Assembly (NCBI GenBank): GCA_965140445.1
Contig: OZ223236.1
Span: 608,001 to 672,000, forward strand
Source of the DNA: Candidatus Ozemobacteraceae bacterium
Lineage (GTDB): Bacteria; Muiribacteriota; Ozemobacteria; Ozemobacterales; Ozemobacteraceae
Length of the DNA: 64,000 bases
Direction of reading: 5' to 3'
A program made the translations under genes and the position numbers. This document shows, piece by piece, positions 1-10,284 of the stretch (within the stretch, counting starts at the first letter, position 1; the number at the start of each line of letters is the position of its first letter). The notes beneath the pieces are model-generated. The model was not told where the DNA came from. It was given only the letters and a program-made list of their open reading frames with translations, and made no database searches.

Positions 1-1230
1 GAAAGGGGCAATTTCTTTTTCAGAAATTCCGTTTAATACTATAATATCTGCATCACTAATGCTTTTGGAAGGATCAAAGTTTCTTTGCGCTTTCTGGAGC
101 TTTGAGTCTTTCGATCTTGCCCAGCGGTTTTCCAGCAATTTAATCCATGTGTCTACGCTTGCATTTGGATCGGTGCGAAGAGCTGATATTAAAAATTTGA
201 TATCCCAGGATGGTTTTCCCGCAAGTATGAGTACTTTTAAGCGTTCTTTAACCACTTTTAAAAGGAATTCTGTGTTGTTATTGTCGTAGGTCAATTCTGA
301 TTCAAGATTTGGAATCTCCACCCTGTATCTGTAATTTCCCTCTTTGTCACATGGAAGATTAAAGGCAAAACCTGCTTTTTTATCCCCTGCTTTTATAGGG
401 ATTTCCATTTCTTTAAACAGCTTGTTATTTTGCAAAATTTTGAGACTGATTGATTTTGTTGCGATGTTATAAAGCCCTAATTCTCCCCGAACTCTGAGGC
501 TGGAATTCAGATAACCGGTTGCTGGAGGCTTATTTAACGTTAGAGAAAGATCTTTAACTGATCCCATTTTACCAGGAGAGATAAAACTAACTGGAAGTCT
601 CATCTTGGATAAAGCATATTCTGGATTTTCTCCAGTAGTGAATGCGCCATCAGAAATCATTATTAATCCCAGAAGGCTTCCTTCTCCAAGGTTGCCTGCC
701 ACATCTTTAATAGAGCCGCTTATGTCTGTCTGGTTTCCACCTGGTTTCAATGTTAACTGTTCCAATTCCTGTCTTGATACGGGGGAAACTGTATTAGAAA
801 AGCTAAAAACTTCAGGGGCAATGCCGGTTTGCTTTTCAAGATTTTTTAGAAAATTATTCTTCCCAAAAAGGGTTTGAACTTGCTCGAAGCGACTTTTATC
901 AGCATCTTTAATGCTCATACTTCGGGAAGTATCAATCATAACTGCTAATCTGTTTTTTTGGGGAATCCAACCTGTAACAACCAGGTTAAGTCCAGCCAGA
1001 AGAATAAGTAGAGAAACCACAAAAAGGGCTCTTATTCCCAGAATTAGCTTTCTATCGCTATCTTTAACTTTTTTACCTTCAAATTTGTAGAAGTAAAAAA
1101 ACAGAGGGGTAATCAATACGAGAAACAAGATCAAACCAGCCCAACCCCAGGTTAAGGCAAGGTTTACGCTTTTTACTGAGCGTATTGGATTAATGTCAAA
1201 GCCTATGAAGTTTAAAATTGCTCTGATCAA
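1..1230 (-). CDS. Membrane-anchored VWA-domain protein, 3' end runs off the window
   Basis: Not in the ORF track. Manual translation from TTG at 1230, overlapping the upstream stop: MIRAILNFIG..., two hydrophobic segments, then LAVMIDTSRSM (MIDAS DxSxS), GNQTDI and LIMISDG. Fourth gene of the MoxR operon. Confidence 0.8.
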   Translation of the reverse strand, partial: MIRAILNFIGFDINPIRSVKSVNLALTWGWAGLILFLVLITPLFFYFYKFEGKKVKDSDRKLILGIRALFVVSLLILLAGLNLVVTGWIPQKNRLAVMIDTSRSMSIKDADKSRFEQVQTLFGKNNFLKNLEKQTGIAPEVFSFSNTVSPVSRQELEQLTLKPGGNQTDISGSIKDVAGNLGEGSLLGLIMISDGAFTTGENPEYALSKMRLPVSFISPGKMGSVKDLSLTLNKPPATGYLNSSLRVRGELGLYNIATKSISLKILQNNKLFKEMEIPIKAGDKKAGFAFNLPCDKEGNYRYRVEIPNLESELTYDNNNTEFLLKVVKERLKVLILAGKPSWDIKFLISALRTDPNASVDTWIKLLENRWARSKDSKLQKAQRNFDPSKSISDADIIVLNGISEKEIAPF

Positions 1231-3374
1231 TGTTCTACCCTCTTTTGTGGCTTAAGGTTTGAAAAAATTGTTTCCGCGAGCGCAAGTAATAGAAGCAGCC
1301 AAAGAAGGTTGCGTCCTAATTCGTAGCCATTTCGAAGAAAATTAACTTTTTCGCCAACTGTTTTTCTTGCTCCAGCTTTATGAGTGAGAGTTATAAATCT
1401 TGGAACTGATCTGATGTTTATTCTATTTAATTTGCTTTCTTCAGGAGGAGGATTAACCGCAAAACCTGCTTCAAGCTTCTTTTTGCCTAATAATTCAATT
1501 TTGTAAAATCCAGATTGTCTGGTCTCTCGGGTCGAAAATTGAACTATGCTACTGTTTTCTGATTTTAATGGGAGTTCCATTTTTTTATTATTTGGTAAGG
1601 TTAAGAAGATTTTTGTTATGTTTCTTCCGTTAAGACTCATGGAAATTGGCGTTCCTGGCTTTATGCTGCCAATTCTTAAATCGTTTCCAGTTACCATTGA
1701 GATCAATGCCTGGTGGATAAACGGCAGGAAGGTCGGTCTTATCGGCCATGAAGTCCAGGAGGTGTCGGCGCTGAAGCTTACAAGCATTGAGCGACCCATT
1801 CCTCGCTTTTCTTCGATAATTCCTGGTAATCCATGACTCATGCGGCACAAGATCAGAGACGCAGGATTTGGTTTGGTTTGGAAAAACTCATAGATCTGCG
1901 CTCTTCCAGGATCTCCATTTCCATCTTCGGAGAATATTTTGAAAGCCGGGTGGCCCATATCCAGATCAGTTATCTGGTAAGCAATTGATTTGCTGACAGC
2001 GTTTCCAACCCTCTTGTATATTCGTCCGGGAAGAATGTATGCGCCGCCCAGATCGTCAATCAGGTTTCTGTTATACCAGTCTGGTTGAACCATATTTCCA
2101 AGGAATGTAATAACGTTGCCACCGCTGATTAGATAATCGCTGAGTTTCTTTATAAATGGTTTTGGAAGCTCTCTTTGATTAATTAAGCAAACTGCAGAAT
2201 AGTCATCAGGGTTAATTCCATTAAGCTCTGTTGAACTTCTGCTTTCAACGTCAAAATTGTTGTTTTTGCTTTTATTTAAAGGATTAAGAGCGAATCTAAG
2301 AAATAAATCTTCTCTACTTGCTTTGTTTCCTGAACCTGCTTCAGGTTTTATTAAAAGGATTTTTTGTGGTTCAAGAACTTTTAATGATAAGAATCTTTCG
2401 TCATCGTAAGTTAAAGAATCACTGGGTAGAGCGGCTCTAATTTGAACAATCCCGGTTTTAGTGAATTTGTAAGATAGTTTTAATTCTTTTTCAGAGTTTG
2501 GTTCGAGCTCAAGGTCTTTCTCCAGCTTTTTTGTGCCGTCTATCAGTAGAGAAAGCTTTGTTTTTCTGACGCGATTATCATGGTTAGCGACTCGAACAAT
2601 GAAATTGTTGTTTCTGCCTTTGATCATTAAATTAGATTCAGATTTTAAAGCAGAAATCGACAGGTTGCCAGGGACTGGTTGCCCTACAGGAACCATGATC
2701 AGGTTGATTTCTTCATCAACTTTGTTTAAATCGTATTTGTCCAAAAATGGTTTCCAGGCCGATTCAGTAAGATCGGTAATTACATAGATTGATCTTCGGT
2801 ATGATTTAAGATTTGTAAGAAGCTTTAAGGCGGAGAAAAATGAGTTGTAAACATTAGTTCCAGCCATGCTTAGTGGAGCTTCTGAAACAGAATTTTTAAG
2901 AGCATCAACATCCCAGGTTAGCTGTGAAAAAGCAAGTTCTCCCGGGTCGTTTATAAAGCCAACTGTGGCTTTATCATTGGGGCCCATGTGATCCAGAATT
3001 TCCAGTGCCCGGCCTTTTGCCGAGTTGAACATTGATATTCCCTGACTGGTGCATCCCATGGACATGGAATTATCCAGCAGGATTACAAACGCAGCAGGAG
3101 CATCTGTGGCGGCATTTCCGCTCGAACCCTGTCCGATAAATGGCTTTGATAATGCTAAAACCAGACACAAGATCAGACAAATTCTAAGTATCAACAGAAT
3201 GATATTGCGCATTTTCTGGCGGCGAGCAACATACTCAACAGAAAGCTTGATAAGGCGCAAACTTGGAAAGTCCTTCCTGAGAGGGTGTTTGCGGAAATAG
3301 AGATGCAGGTAAATTGGGACAGCTATCCCAAGGATTCCTAGTAGAAACCATGGGTTGGCGAAACTTAGAGACAT
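1227..3374 (-). CDS. BatA N-terminal double-TM / VWA domain protein
   Basis: N-terminus FANPWFLLGILGIAVPIYLHL...FPSL...ALSKP, MIDAS LLDNSMSM and ITD, C-terminal FAVN...ES and a TM helix. Confidence 0.85.
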   Translation of the reverse strand: MSLSFANPWFLLGILGIAVPIYLHLYFRKHPLRKDFPSLRLIKLSVEYVARRQKMRNIILLILRICLILCLVLALSKPFIGQGSSGNAATDAPAAFVILLDNSMSMGCTSQGISMFNSAKGRALEILDHMGPNDKATVGFINDPGELAFSQLTWDVDALKNSVSEAPLSMAGTNVYNSFFSALKLLTNLKSYRRSIYVITDLTESAWKPFLDKYDLNKVDEEINLIMVPVGQPVPGNLSISALKSESNLMIKGRNNNFIVRVANHDNRVRKTKLSLLIDGTKKLEKDLELEPNSEKELKLSYKFTKTGIVQIRAALPSDSLTYDDERFLSLKVLEPQKILLIKPEAGSGNKASREDLFLRFALNPLNKSKNNNFDVESRSSTELNGINPDDYSAVCLINQRELPKPFIKKLSDYLISGGNVITFLGNMVQPDWYNRNLIDDLGGAYILPGRIYKRVGNAVSKSIAYQITDLDMGHPAFKIFSEDGNGDPGRAQIYEFFQTKPNPASLILCRMSHGLPGIIEEKRGMGRSMLVSFSADTSWTSWPIRPTFLPFIHQALISMVTGNDLRIGSIKPGTPISMSLNGRNITKIFLTLPNNKKMELPLKSENSSIVQFSTRETRQSGFYKIELLGKKKLEAGFAVNPPPEESKLNRINIRSVPRFITLTHKAGARKTVGEKVNFLRNGYELGRNLLWLLLLLALAETIFSNLKPQKRVEH

Positions 3375-4291
3375 TACACTGACCTCGGATTAGTTGCCTG
3401 GCGTCTTGTGAAAAAGCTTCTTAAACTTGATTCAAGAGGGATAGATGTATCAGCCATTAAATAATCTATTCCGGATTTACGTAAGGCTGATCTGAATGTG
3501 TTGACATACTTTCTCAGTCGTTTAAGGTATTCTTCACGAAGTGAATAAGCGTCTGTAACAATTTCTGAATTGTCTTCCAGATCATGAAACATTGTTGTGT
3601 CGTCAAAAGGAAATGTTAGTTCATCTCTGTCGAGAACATGGAAAAGAACTATTTCATGTTTTCGACTGCGCAGATGGCGTAACTTTTTGATTATAAGCTC
3701 GGCATCGTCCATCAGATCAGAGAATAGAACAAATATTCCACGTTTTTTCATGCTCTGGCCAACCTGGTCTAGTGTGCTTCCCATGTCGGTTTTTTCTGAG
3801 GCAACTGTTTGTTCAAGCTCATTGCAGACAACCTTTAGGTGAGCCATGCCGGTTCTTGGTCTGATAATCTTTTTCAAACCGTCTGCAAAGGTTACCAGTC
3901 CGACCGAATCGTGTTGCTTTAGCATTAGATAGGACAGCGAGGCGGCAAGGGTCGAAGCGTATTCGAGCTTTGTCATTGAACCAGCGCCTTTATAGGACAT
4001 GGAACCGCTTGTATCTATAACCATATAACCAGAAAGGTTTGTTTCTTCTTCGTGTTCTTTAATATAGAATTTGTCTGTTCGTGCGTAAACCTTCCAATCT
4101 ATGTCCTTGAGAGGGTCTCCCGGGACATATTGTCGGTATTCCGAAAACTCTACGTTAAAGCCTTTGTATGGACTTTTGTGCAGCCCTTCAACTATACCCT
4201 CGACCACAGTTCTGGCCCTGATTTCCATAGAAGAAAGAGAGGCGAGAAGCTTCGGATCAAGAAATTTTGAAATTTTCCTGGTTTTTTCCAT
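3374..4291 (-). CDS. DUF58 family protein
   Basis: GLHKSPYKGFNVEFSEYRQYVPGD...IDWKVYAR...KEHEEE, DTSGSM; directly downstream of MoxR. Confidence 0.92.
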   Translation of the reverse strand: MEKTRKISKFLDPKLLASLSSMEIRARTVVEGIVEGLHKSPYKGFNVEFSEYRQYVPGDPLKDIDWKVYARTDKFYIKEHEEETNLSGYMVIDTSGSMSYKGAGSMTKLEYASTLAASLSYLMLKQHDSVGLVTFADGLKKIIRPRTGMAHLKVVCNELEQTVASEKTDMGSTLDQVGQSMKKRGIFVLFSDLMDDAELIIKKLRHLRSRKHEIVLFHVLDRDELTFPFDDTTMFHDLEDNSEIVTDAYSLREEYLKRLRKYVNTFRSALRKSGIDYLMADTSIPLESSLRSFFTRRQATNPRSV

Positions 4292-4325
4292 CTATACTAA
4301 GATCCCGTTTCTTTGTTGCAAAAGC

Positions 4326-5372
4326 TTATGAAGCCGGTTCTGGTATCGCTTTAAGTATTTTTTCAATAATAATGTCTGGAGTTATTCCCTCTGCTTCAGC
4401 ATTGAAGTTAAGCATAATTCTATGTCTGAGGACCGCATAAGCAAGAGCTCTAACGTCTTCACAGGCAACATAAAATCTTCCCTGCAAAACTGCACGTGCT
4501 TTTGAACCAAGAATTAAATACTGACTCGCTCTAGGTCCAGCTCCCCAGGTGATGTATTCATTGATGAAGTCCAATGATTTTTCACGATTTGGTCTGGTAG
4601 CTTCAGCAATTGCCACGGCATATTTTATTACGCGATCCGAAACTGGAACTCTTCTAACTACTTCTTGAAGTTCAATAATTCTTTGGTGGTTTAAAACAGA
4701 GTTCAATTCAACAGCTTCGCCTCCGGTAGTGGCTTTAACCATTGAAACTTCTTCGTCAGTTGGTGGATATTCAATTTTGATGTTGAACATAAATCTATCC
4801 AGCTGTGCTTCCGGAAGAGGATAGGTTCCTTCCTGTTCAATCGGGTTCTGTGTTGCAAGAACAAAGAAAGGTTTCTCGAGTGAATAGGTTTTTCCAGAAC
4901 TGGTTACTTTCTTTTCCTGCATTGCCTGGAGAAGTGCAGCCTGAGTTTTTGGCGGCGTTCTGTTTATTTCGTCTGCTAGTAGAATTTGAGTGAAAACTGG
5001 TCCTTCAACGAACTTAAAATTACGCTCGCCGGTTTTAGTATTTTCTTCGAGGATCTCTGTTCCGATAATATCTGAGGGCATAAGATCTGGTGTGAACTGC
5101 ACTCGGCGGAACTGGAGGTCTAGAAGCTGGGATAAGCTATTTACAAGGAGCGTTTTTCCAAGACCCGGAACACCTATTAAAAGGACATGCCCTTGTGCGA
5201 AAAGTGCATAAAGAACTTCTTCCACAACATTGAGTTGTCCGATGAAGACCTTTGAGATTTCTTTGAGAATGGTTTCTCTTGCTTTTCTAATTTCTGCGAC
5301 AGCTTTTACTTCGTCTATTTGAGCTGGTTGCTGGTTGTTGCCAGCGCTGTTTTTTGCGTTATCCTCCGGCAT
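4326..5372 (-). CDS. moxR: MoxR-family AAA+ ATPase
   Basis: GVPGLGKT, RVQFTPDLMPSDIIG, LLADEINRTPPKTQAALLQAMQE, ATQNPIEQEGTYPLPEAQLDRF. Confidence 0.95.
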   Translation of the reverse strand: MPEDNAKNSAGNNQQPAQIDEVKAVAEIRKARETILKEISKVFIGQLNVVEEVLYALFAQGHVLLIGVPGLGKTLLVNSLSQLLDLQFRRVQFTPDLMPSDIIGTEILEENTKTGERNFKFVEGPVFTQILLADEINRTPPKTQAALLQAMQEKKVTSSGKTYSLEKPFFVLATQNPIEQEGTYPLPEAQLDRFMFNIKIEYPPTDEEVSMVKATTGGEAVELNSVLNHQRIIELQEVVRRVPVSDRVIKYAVAIAEATRPNREKSLDFINEYITWGAGPRASQYLILGSKARAVLQGRFYVACEDVRALAYAVLRHRIMLNFNAEAEGITPDIIIEKILKAIPEPAS

Positions 5373-5580
5373 TGCTGCTACCTCCTGCGAAAATACGAAA
5401 CTACCTTACCATGAAATATTACAAGGTACAAGGGGGCCGCAAAATCAACTCTTGTTGAGTGCCTGGCTGGTATGCTTCCCTAAAAATTTTTCTGGCAAAT
5501 TACCAAAGCTTTGAGAATTCTAAAAGTCAGAATTTTTATGATAGAATTAATTGTAAATAAATCGCTATCTGGGGTGATAG

Positions 5581-6048
5581 ATGTCGCATAAATCAGATTA
5601 TACTAACGAAGAATGGAATAAGCTTTTAAGGTTGGTTGCAGGGATTGTTTGGCACATTGAGATGAAGCAGACTGAAGCTAATGATTGGGAGATAAAAAAA
5701 CTTGCTGGTACAGCTCAGGCATTAGCTGGCAATTCAGCTGGAATTGATCTCATGGTGGACTTGAGCAAAGATGTAAAAAGTTATGTTTTTGATGCTTTGA
5801 GCAATCCATCGGATGTTAAGGCTTTTAAGTCTCCTGGTTTTGTAGAGGCTGCTATAAAAGATTGCTCACATATTCTTCGTGAAAAAGCCACTCACAGGGA
5901 AGTCTCTGAATTTAAGGATTTTGTTTATAAAATTGCTTTTAGATTGGCCGATAACTCAGGTGACGGATACCCCGGATTTGGGCGCAAAGTAGATGCCGGG
6001 GAAGCAGAATTCTTACTTGTTTTAAAATCGGAACTATCTGGAATCTAG
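5581..6048 (+). CDS. Hypothetical helical protein, paralog 1 of tandem triplet
   Basis: 155 aa; shares KxDYTxEEW start and SGDGxxGFGxKxxxxEAxFL end with the next two ORFs. Confidence 0.75.
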   Translation: MSHKSDYTNEEWNKLLRLVAGIVWHIEMKQTEANDWEIKKLAGTAQALAGNSAGIDLMVDLSKDVKSYVFDALSNPSDVKAFKSPGFVEAAIKDCSHILREKATHREVSEFKDFVYKIAFRLADNSGDGYPGFGRKVDAGEAEFLLVLKSELSGI

Positions 6049-6086
6049 TAATAAGCAACCTTTTGGTTGTTTGCAAGGAATAGAAA

Positions 6087-6581
6087 ATGTCAAAAAAAGA
6101 AGACTATACGGCGGAAGAATGGCGAAGCCTGCAGGATTTGAGCTGTGTTGGTGTTACTCAGCTTTTTGATAGGGGTGTAAAAAATGCCTCAGTTGGTCTG
6201 AGTGATGTCGCCTCAAAAATCAGAGAAGTATTGGCAATGATTAAATACGCTGATACTGCGAAAAAGCAGTTTGCTGGAAACAGCTTGATATTGGATTTGA
6301 TTGATTCTTTCAGCGCAGGTGTAAAGGCTGAAGGCAAGTCTGTTGCTCCTATGATGCTTGAAAAGCAGCAGATTCGCGAGTTGATTGCTGAAGTGAATAG
6401 TATTCTGGCGCAAAAATCAGATGACCAGGAATCTGGTGAATTTAGGGCTATGGTTTATAGTCTGGCTTTTGAAATAGCAAATGCTTCTGGCGATGGTTTT
6501 CTTGGTTTTGGAGAGCGCATTAATGCCAAAGAAGCCGATTTTTTGAAATTTTTAAAAGAAGAGCTTATTGGAAACGCATAA
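6087..6581 (+). CDS. Hypothetical helical protein, paralog 2 of tandem triplet
   Basis: 164 aa; KEDYTAEEW...IANASGDGFLGFGERINAKEADFL; AAGGA RBS. Confidence 0.78.
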   Translation: MSKKEDYTAEEWRSLQDLSCVGVTQLFDRGVKNASVGLSDVASKIREVLAMIKYADTAKKQFAGNSLILDLIDSFSAGVKAEGKSVAPMMLEKQQIRELIAEVNSILAQKSDDQESGEFRAMVYSLAFEIANASGDGFLGFGERINAKEADFLKFLKEELIGNA

Positions 6582-6604
6582 AGAATATCTTTGTGGAGGA
6601 AAAA

Positions 6605-7081
6605 ATGGGAAATAAAGCAGATTTTGCTAGAAATGACTGGAATGAATTGCTTACGTTGGCCTTTTGCGGCATCGCTGTTTTAAAAGAATTAGATAATGGC
6701 AGTAGTTGGTTTACTGCAGTTGAGAATGTTAAAGAGGCAGAGGCAATAAAAAACTGCTTGAATAAGGTTTCAGAAACATATTCAGACAATGGATTGATTC
6801 AGGATATTGTCAAAGACCTTCATTATATTGAGCAAAGCGAATTTGATTTTGAATTGGGCTGGTTTGCGGATGAAAAGTTTTTAAAGAAAAAAATTCAGGC
6901 TGCAAATGAGATTCTCGAAAACAGGGTGACCCCAGTACAATCCAAGCAGTTTAAGCATTTTGTAGTTAAATTGGCGCATGAAATTGCCGCAGCTTCTGGT
7001 GACGGTATTCTTGGGCATGGGCAAAAAATTAATCCAGAAGAATCCGCTTTTATCGATTTTCTGAAAAAAGAACTTTTATAG
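6605..7081 (+). CDS. Hypothetical helical protein, paralog 3 of tandem triplet
   Basis: ATG at 6605 after GGAGG; KADFARNDW...IAAASGDGILGHGQKINPEESAFI. Confidence 0.75.
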   Translation: MGNKADFARNDWNELLTLAFCGIAVLKELDNGSSWFTAVENVKEAEAIKNCLNKVSETYSDNGLIQDIVKDLHYIEQSEFDFELGWFADEKFLKKKIQAANEILENRVTPVQSKQFKHFVVKLAHEIAAASGDGILGHGQKINPEESAFIDFLKKELL

Positions 7082-7115
7082 TTTTCTTTTTACAAATCTT
7101 TTCCAGAAAAACTCT

Positions 7116-7146
7116 AAAAAAAAATACGGCCCTTTTGCTGGGCCGT
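7116..7146 (-). terminator. Intrinsic terminator for the RND operon
   Basis: Stem ACGGCCC/GGGCCGT preceded by an A-run (U-tract on the - strand), between convergent genes. Confidence 0.55.
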
Positions 7147-7182
7147 TAATCGGGAGATTATTTTGGTAGAGAGGAGAGGTTG

Positions 7183-10100
7183 TTACTCTTCTCTGGTTGC
7201 GCGTTTTTCGTCTTTTCCAAGGAAGAAACCATAAATTATTGGTATTAAAAACAGGGATATTATGCCTGAAGACAGGATTCCGCCGGCGGATGCTGCCCCA
7301 ACGTCATTTCTTACTTCTGCTCCAATGCCCTGTCCAAAAGCCATTGGCAGCATTCCCAGAACCGCAGCAAAGGTAATCATTAAAACTGGCCTGAGTCTAT
7401 CTCCTGAAGCCTGGATTATGGCCTGTCGCTTTGGCATGTTTTCATGCTGAACGAGATGATTGAAATGATCCAGTATCAAGATTGCATTGTTAACAACGAT
7501 TCCGATCAACATTACCCCACCCATGATAACGAAAATTGAAATTGCGTTGCCGGTCAGATATAGGGCCCAAACCATTCCGATAAGCATTGGTGGAACGGTC
7601 ATGAGAATGAGGGCTGGCTGTAAAAATGACTCCATGATTGCCGAAAGAGTTAAGACAACAAGAATCATTGAGATAATGGCGGCTTCTGCAAGATTTCTCT
7701 GTGCTTCTCCCATCATTTCTGCGCTTCCTGCGGCAACATAGTCGTAGCCTTTGGGAAGCAGGCCATTGTTTAAAAAATCTTCAACTTTAGCCAGTGCTTT
7801 GCCAAGTGGGAAGCCTTTTTCCAGATATGACATGAATTTGGAAATTCTTTGCTTGTCTTTGCGTAAAATCTGAATTGGAGCCATGATTTGCTTTAGATCT
7901 CCGTAGTTGGTTAAAGGAATGTTTTTCCCGTCTTTTCCGCGGAAACTGAACTCTTCAATTTGCTTTATTCCATCTTTTTCGGCGAACTTTACAACTATGT
8001 CATAGTTTCTGTCGCCGGATTTGAAAGTGGCTGCTTTCAAGCCTTCTATGTTTCCTCTTAAGGACGTGCCTAAGCTCACTGCAGGAATTGATGATTCGCT
8101 AAGAACATCTCGTTTTGGACTAATCTGAATCTTCGGTTTTCCTGCTCGAACGGTAGTGTCTGTTGATGTGAAGCCCGGGGTTTCGTCAGCTTTTTCCTGC
8201 AACTTAATGACCGTCTGGTCTAATTTGTCCAGGTCGTCGCCGCGAACTTCGATTTGAACGGGGGAATCGCTTCCTCCCGTAATACCTGGAACGCTTACAG
8301 TGATGATGGCATCGGTAAAGTTTTTAAATTTTTCTTTTGTTAATTGTAAAATTTCTGTAAGGCTAATGTTTCGCTTATCCTTGTCTGAAAGTTTTAGTAG
8401 CAATTCAGCTAGATATACACCTTCGGCAGAGGTGCCGGAGCGGCCTTCTACTTTTCCAACGTTCCCTAAAATTGATTTTAGCTCTGGAGTATCTTTAACC
8501 AGTTCGATGGCTTCGAGTAATCTGGTTTTGGTTTTGTCCAAACTGTAATTGGTTGGAAACTCCAGTTTAATGGCGAGATTGGCCATGTCTGATTCCGGGA
8601 AAAAGCCTCCGCCAACAACTTTGGCCAGGGCTAGTGATTGGAGAAGAAGCATAAATGTAGCTAGAATTATTAATGCTCCTGCTATTTTGTAGTCCTGTGC
8701 AAACTTTAGGATTCCCATATATTTTTGGGTTAAAGCATTCAGACCGATATTGAATTTGGTTTCACACCAGTGGAGGATTCCTGAGGTTGCTGTGTTCTTT
8801 CTTAAGAAAAGAGAGCAAAGCATTGGAGTTACAGTAAAAGAGATAAAAAGAGACACAGCAGTCATGATGAGCATTGTTAAGGCAAGAGGTTTTAGGAACA
8901 GACCAATTGTTCCCCCCATTTGAGCAATAGGAAATAAAACGACTATGTTTGTTCCACTGCTGGCCAGTACTTCGACGGTGCATGCGCTCGTGCCTTCAAT
9001 TGCAGCAGTTTTTGAATCTTTTCCTTCTTCAAGCTTTTTCATGATGGACTCAAGAACTACCAGTGCGTTGGTTACAAGTATTCCGACCGACATGCCTATT
9101 GCAATCAGAGTTGAAAGATTTAATGTGTAATTCATTGCTTTCATGAAAAAGAATCCGATTACAATATTTAATGGCATTGTAACGGCCGCAATCATGAGGG
9201 TTTTTAAATTGTATAAAAACATGAACAAGATTACTGCTGTGAGTAGAACGCCCTGAAAAATGTTTTCCCAGGCACTTTCCGCATTTGCTTCGATAAATCG
9301 GGCATCATCAGAAACCCACTGAAGCTTTATGCCTTTGGGTAGAGAGGTTTCCAGCTTCGCCATGGCTTTTTTCAGTTCTGATACCACTTTTACCGCATTG
9401 GCTTCGCTTCTTTTTACTACTTTTATTGAGATACAGGGTTCACCATTGATGTAGGAAACCTGTCGAAGCTCTTCGGTAGCCATTTTAATGTTGGCAATGT
9501 CTTTTAAATAAATAACTCGCCCGTTATTCTGGTTAACTATTTCAAGGTCTTTAAGATTGTCTATTTTGTTGTATTCGCCGCTGAATTCTACGCTGATCTC
9601 TTTCCCTCGGTCTCTTATTCGGCCCATTGGAATTGTTTTTACGGCAGATTTAACTGCCTGCATGATTTCCAGTGATGATAGACCTCTTGCTGCGAGTTTT
9701 TCGCGGTCTAGAAGTATTTGCACTTCTCGTTTTGCGCCACCTATTAGTTCTGCGTCTGCGATGCCTTCTATTACAGTTAGCTTGTCGCGAAGTTTGTTGT
9801 CTGCATAATCATATAGTTCGTCGAGCCCTACTGATCCGGTTAAGGCAATGTTTGCAATTGGTTTGGCATTAATATCATATTTCAAGACTCTTGGGTCTTC
9901 TGCGTCTTCTGGAAGGTCGGATCGGACAAGGTCGAGCTTTTCACGGACGTCGGTTGCTGCAATGTCTACGTCTACTCCGATTTTAAATTCAAGGAGCGTC
10001 TGACAGACATTTTCCATGCAGGTTGAGGTTATATGTTTGAGACCGTTTAAGGTCATCATTTTATCTTCAATTCGCTTGGCAATATCTGTTTCTATCTGTT

Positions 10101-10269
10101 CTGGACTGGCTCCAGGGTAGACTGTGATAATCGTTACAAACGGAAGATCGATTTGGGGCATTAACTCAAGCCCCATGTTAAAAAATGAATAAATACCAAG
10201 AAGAGTTAAGCCAATGATTAGAGAGGACATGGCAACTGGTCTTTTTACTGATGCTGTGGCTAAAAACAT
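7183..10269 (-). CDS. RND efflux transporter permease, AcrB/AcrD/AcrF family
   Basis: 1028 aa; RPVA start, YPGASPEQIE, GIVVNNAIL, RLRPVLMIT. TM4 reads GILVTNA rather than the usual GxxVDDA. Confidence 0.93.
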   Translation of the reverse strand: MFLATASVKRPVAMSSLIIGLTLLGIYSFFNMGLELMPQIDLPFVTIITVYPGASPEQIETDIAKRIEDKMMTLNGLKHITSTCMENVCQTLLEFKIGVDVDIAATDVREKLDLVRSDLPEDAEDPRVLKYDINAKPIANIALTGSVGLDELYDYADNKLRDKLTVIEGIADAELIGGAKREVQILLDREKLAARGLSSLEIMQAVKSAVKTIPMGRIRDRGKEISVEFSGEYNKIDNLKDLEIVNQNNGRVIYLKDIANIKMATEELRQVSYINGEPCISIKVVKRSEANAVKVVSELKKAMAKLETSLPKGIKLQWVSDDARFIEANAESAWENIFQGVLLTAVILFMFLYNLKTLMIAAVTMPLNIVIGFFFMKAMNYTLNLSTLIAIGMSVGILVTNALVVLESIMKKLEEGKDSKTAAIEGTSACTVEVLASSGTNIVVLFPIAQMGGTIGLFLKPLALTMLIMTAVSLFISFTVTPMLCSLFLRKNTATSGILHWCETKFNIGLNALTQKYMGILKFAQDYKIAGALIILATFMLLLQSLALAKVVGGGFFPESDMANLAIKLEFPTNYSLDKTKTRLLEAIELVKDTPELKSILGNVGKVEGRSGTSAEGVYLAELLLKLSDKDKRNISLTEILQLTKEKFKNFTDAIITVSVPGITGGSDSPVQIEVRGDDLDKLDQTVIKLQEKADETPGFTSTDTTVRAGKPKIQISPKRDVLSESSIPAVSLGTSLRGNIEGLKAATFKSGDRNYDIVVKFAEKDGIKQIEEFSFRGKDGKNIPLTNYGDLKQIMAPIQILRKDKQRISKFMSYLEKGFPLGKALAKVEDFLNNGLLPKGYDYVAAGSAEMMGEAQRNLAEAAIISMILVVLTLSAIMESFLQPALILMTVPPMLIGMVWALYLTGNAISIFVIMGGVMLIGIVVNNAILILDHFNHLVQHENMPKRQAIIQASGDRLRPVLMITFAAVLGMLPMAFGQGIGAEVRNDVGAASAGGILSSGIISLFLIPIIYGFFLGKDEKRATREE

Positions 10270-10284
10270 TGTTTTGTCCTTTTT

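Noticed and set aside
1..5372. MoxR/DUF58/BatA/VWA operon as a novel system
   Set aside because: Widespread, already described gene arrangement.
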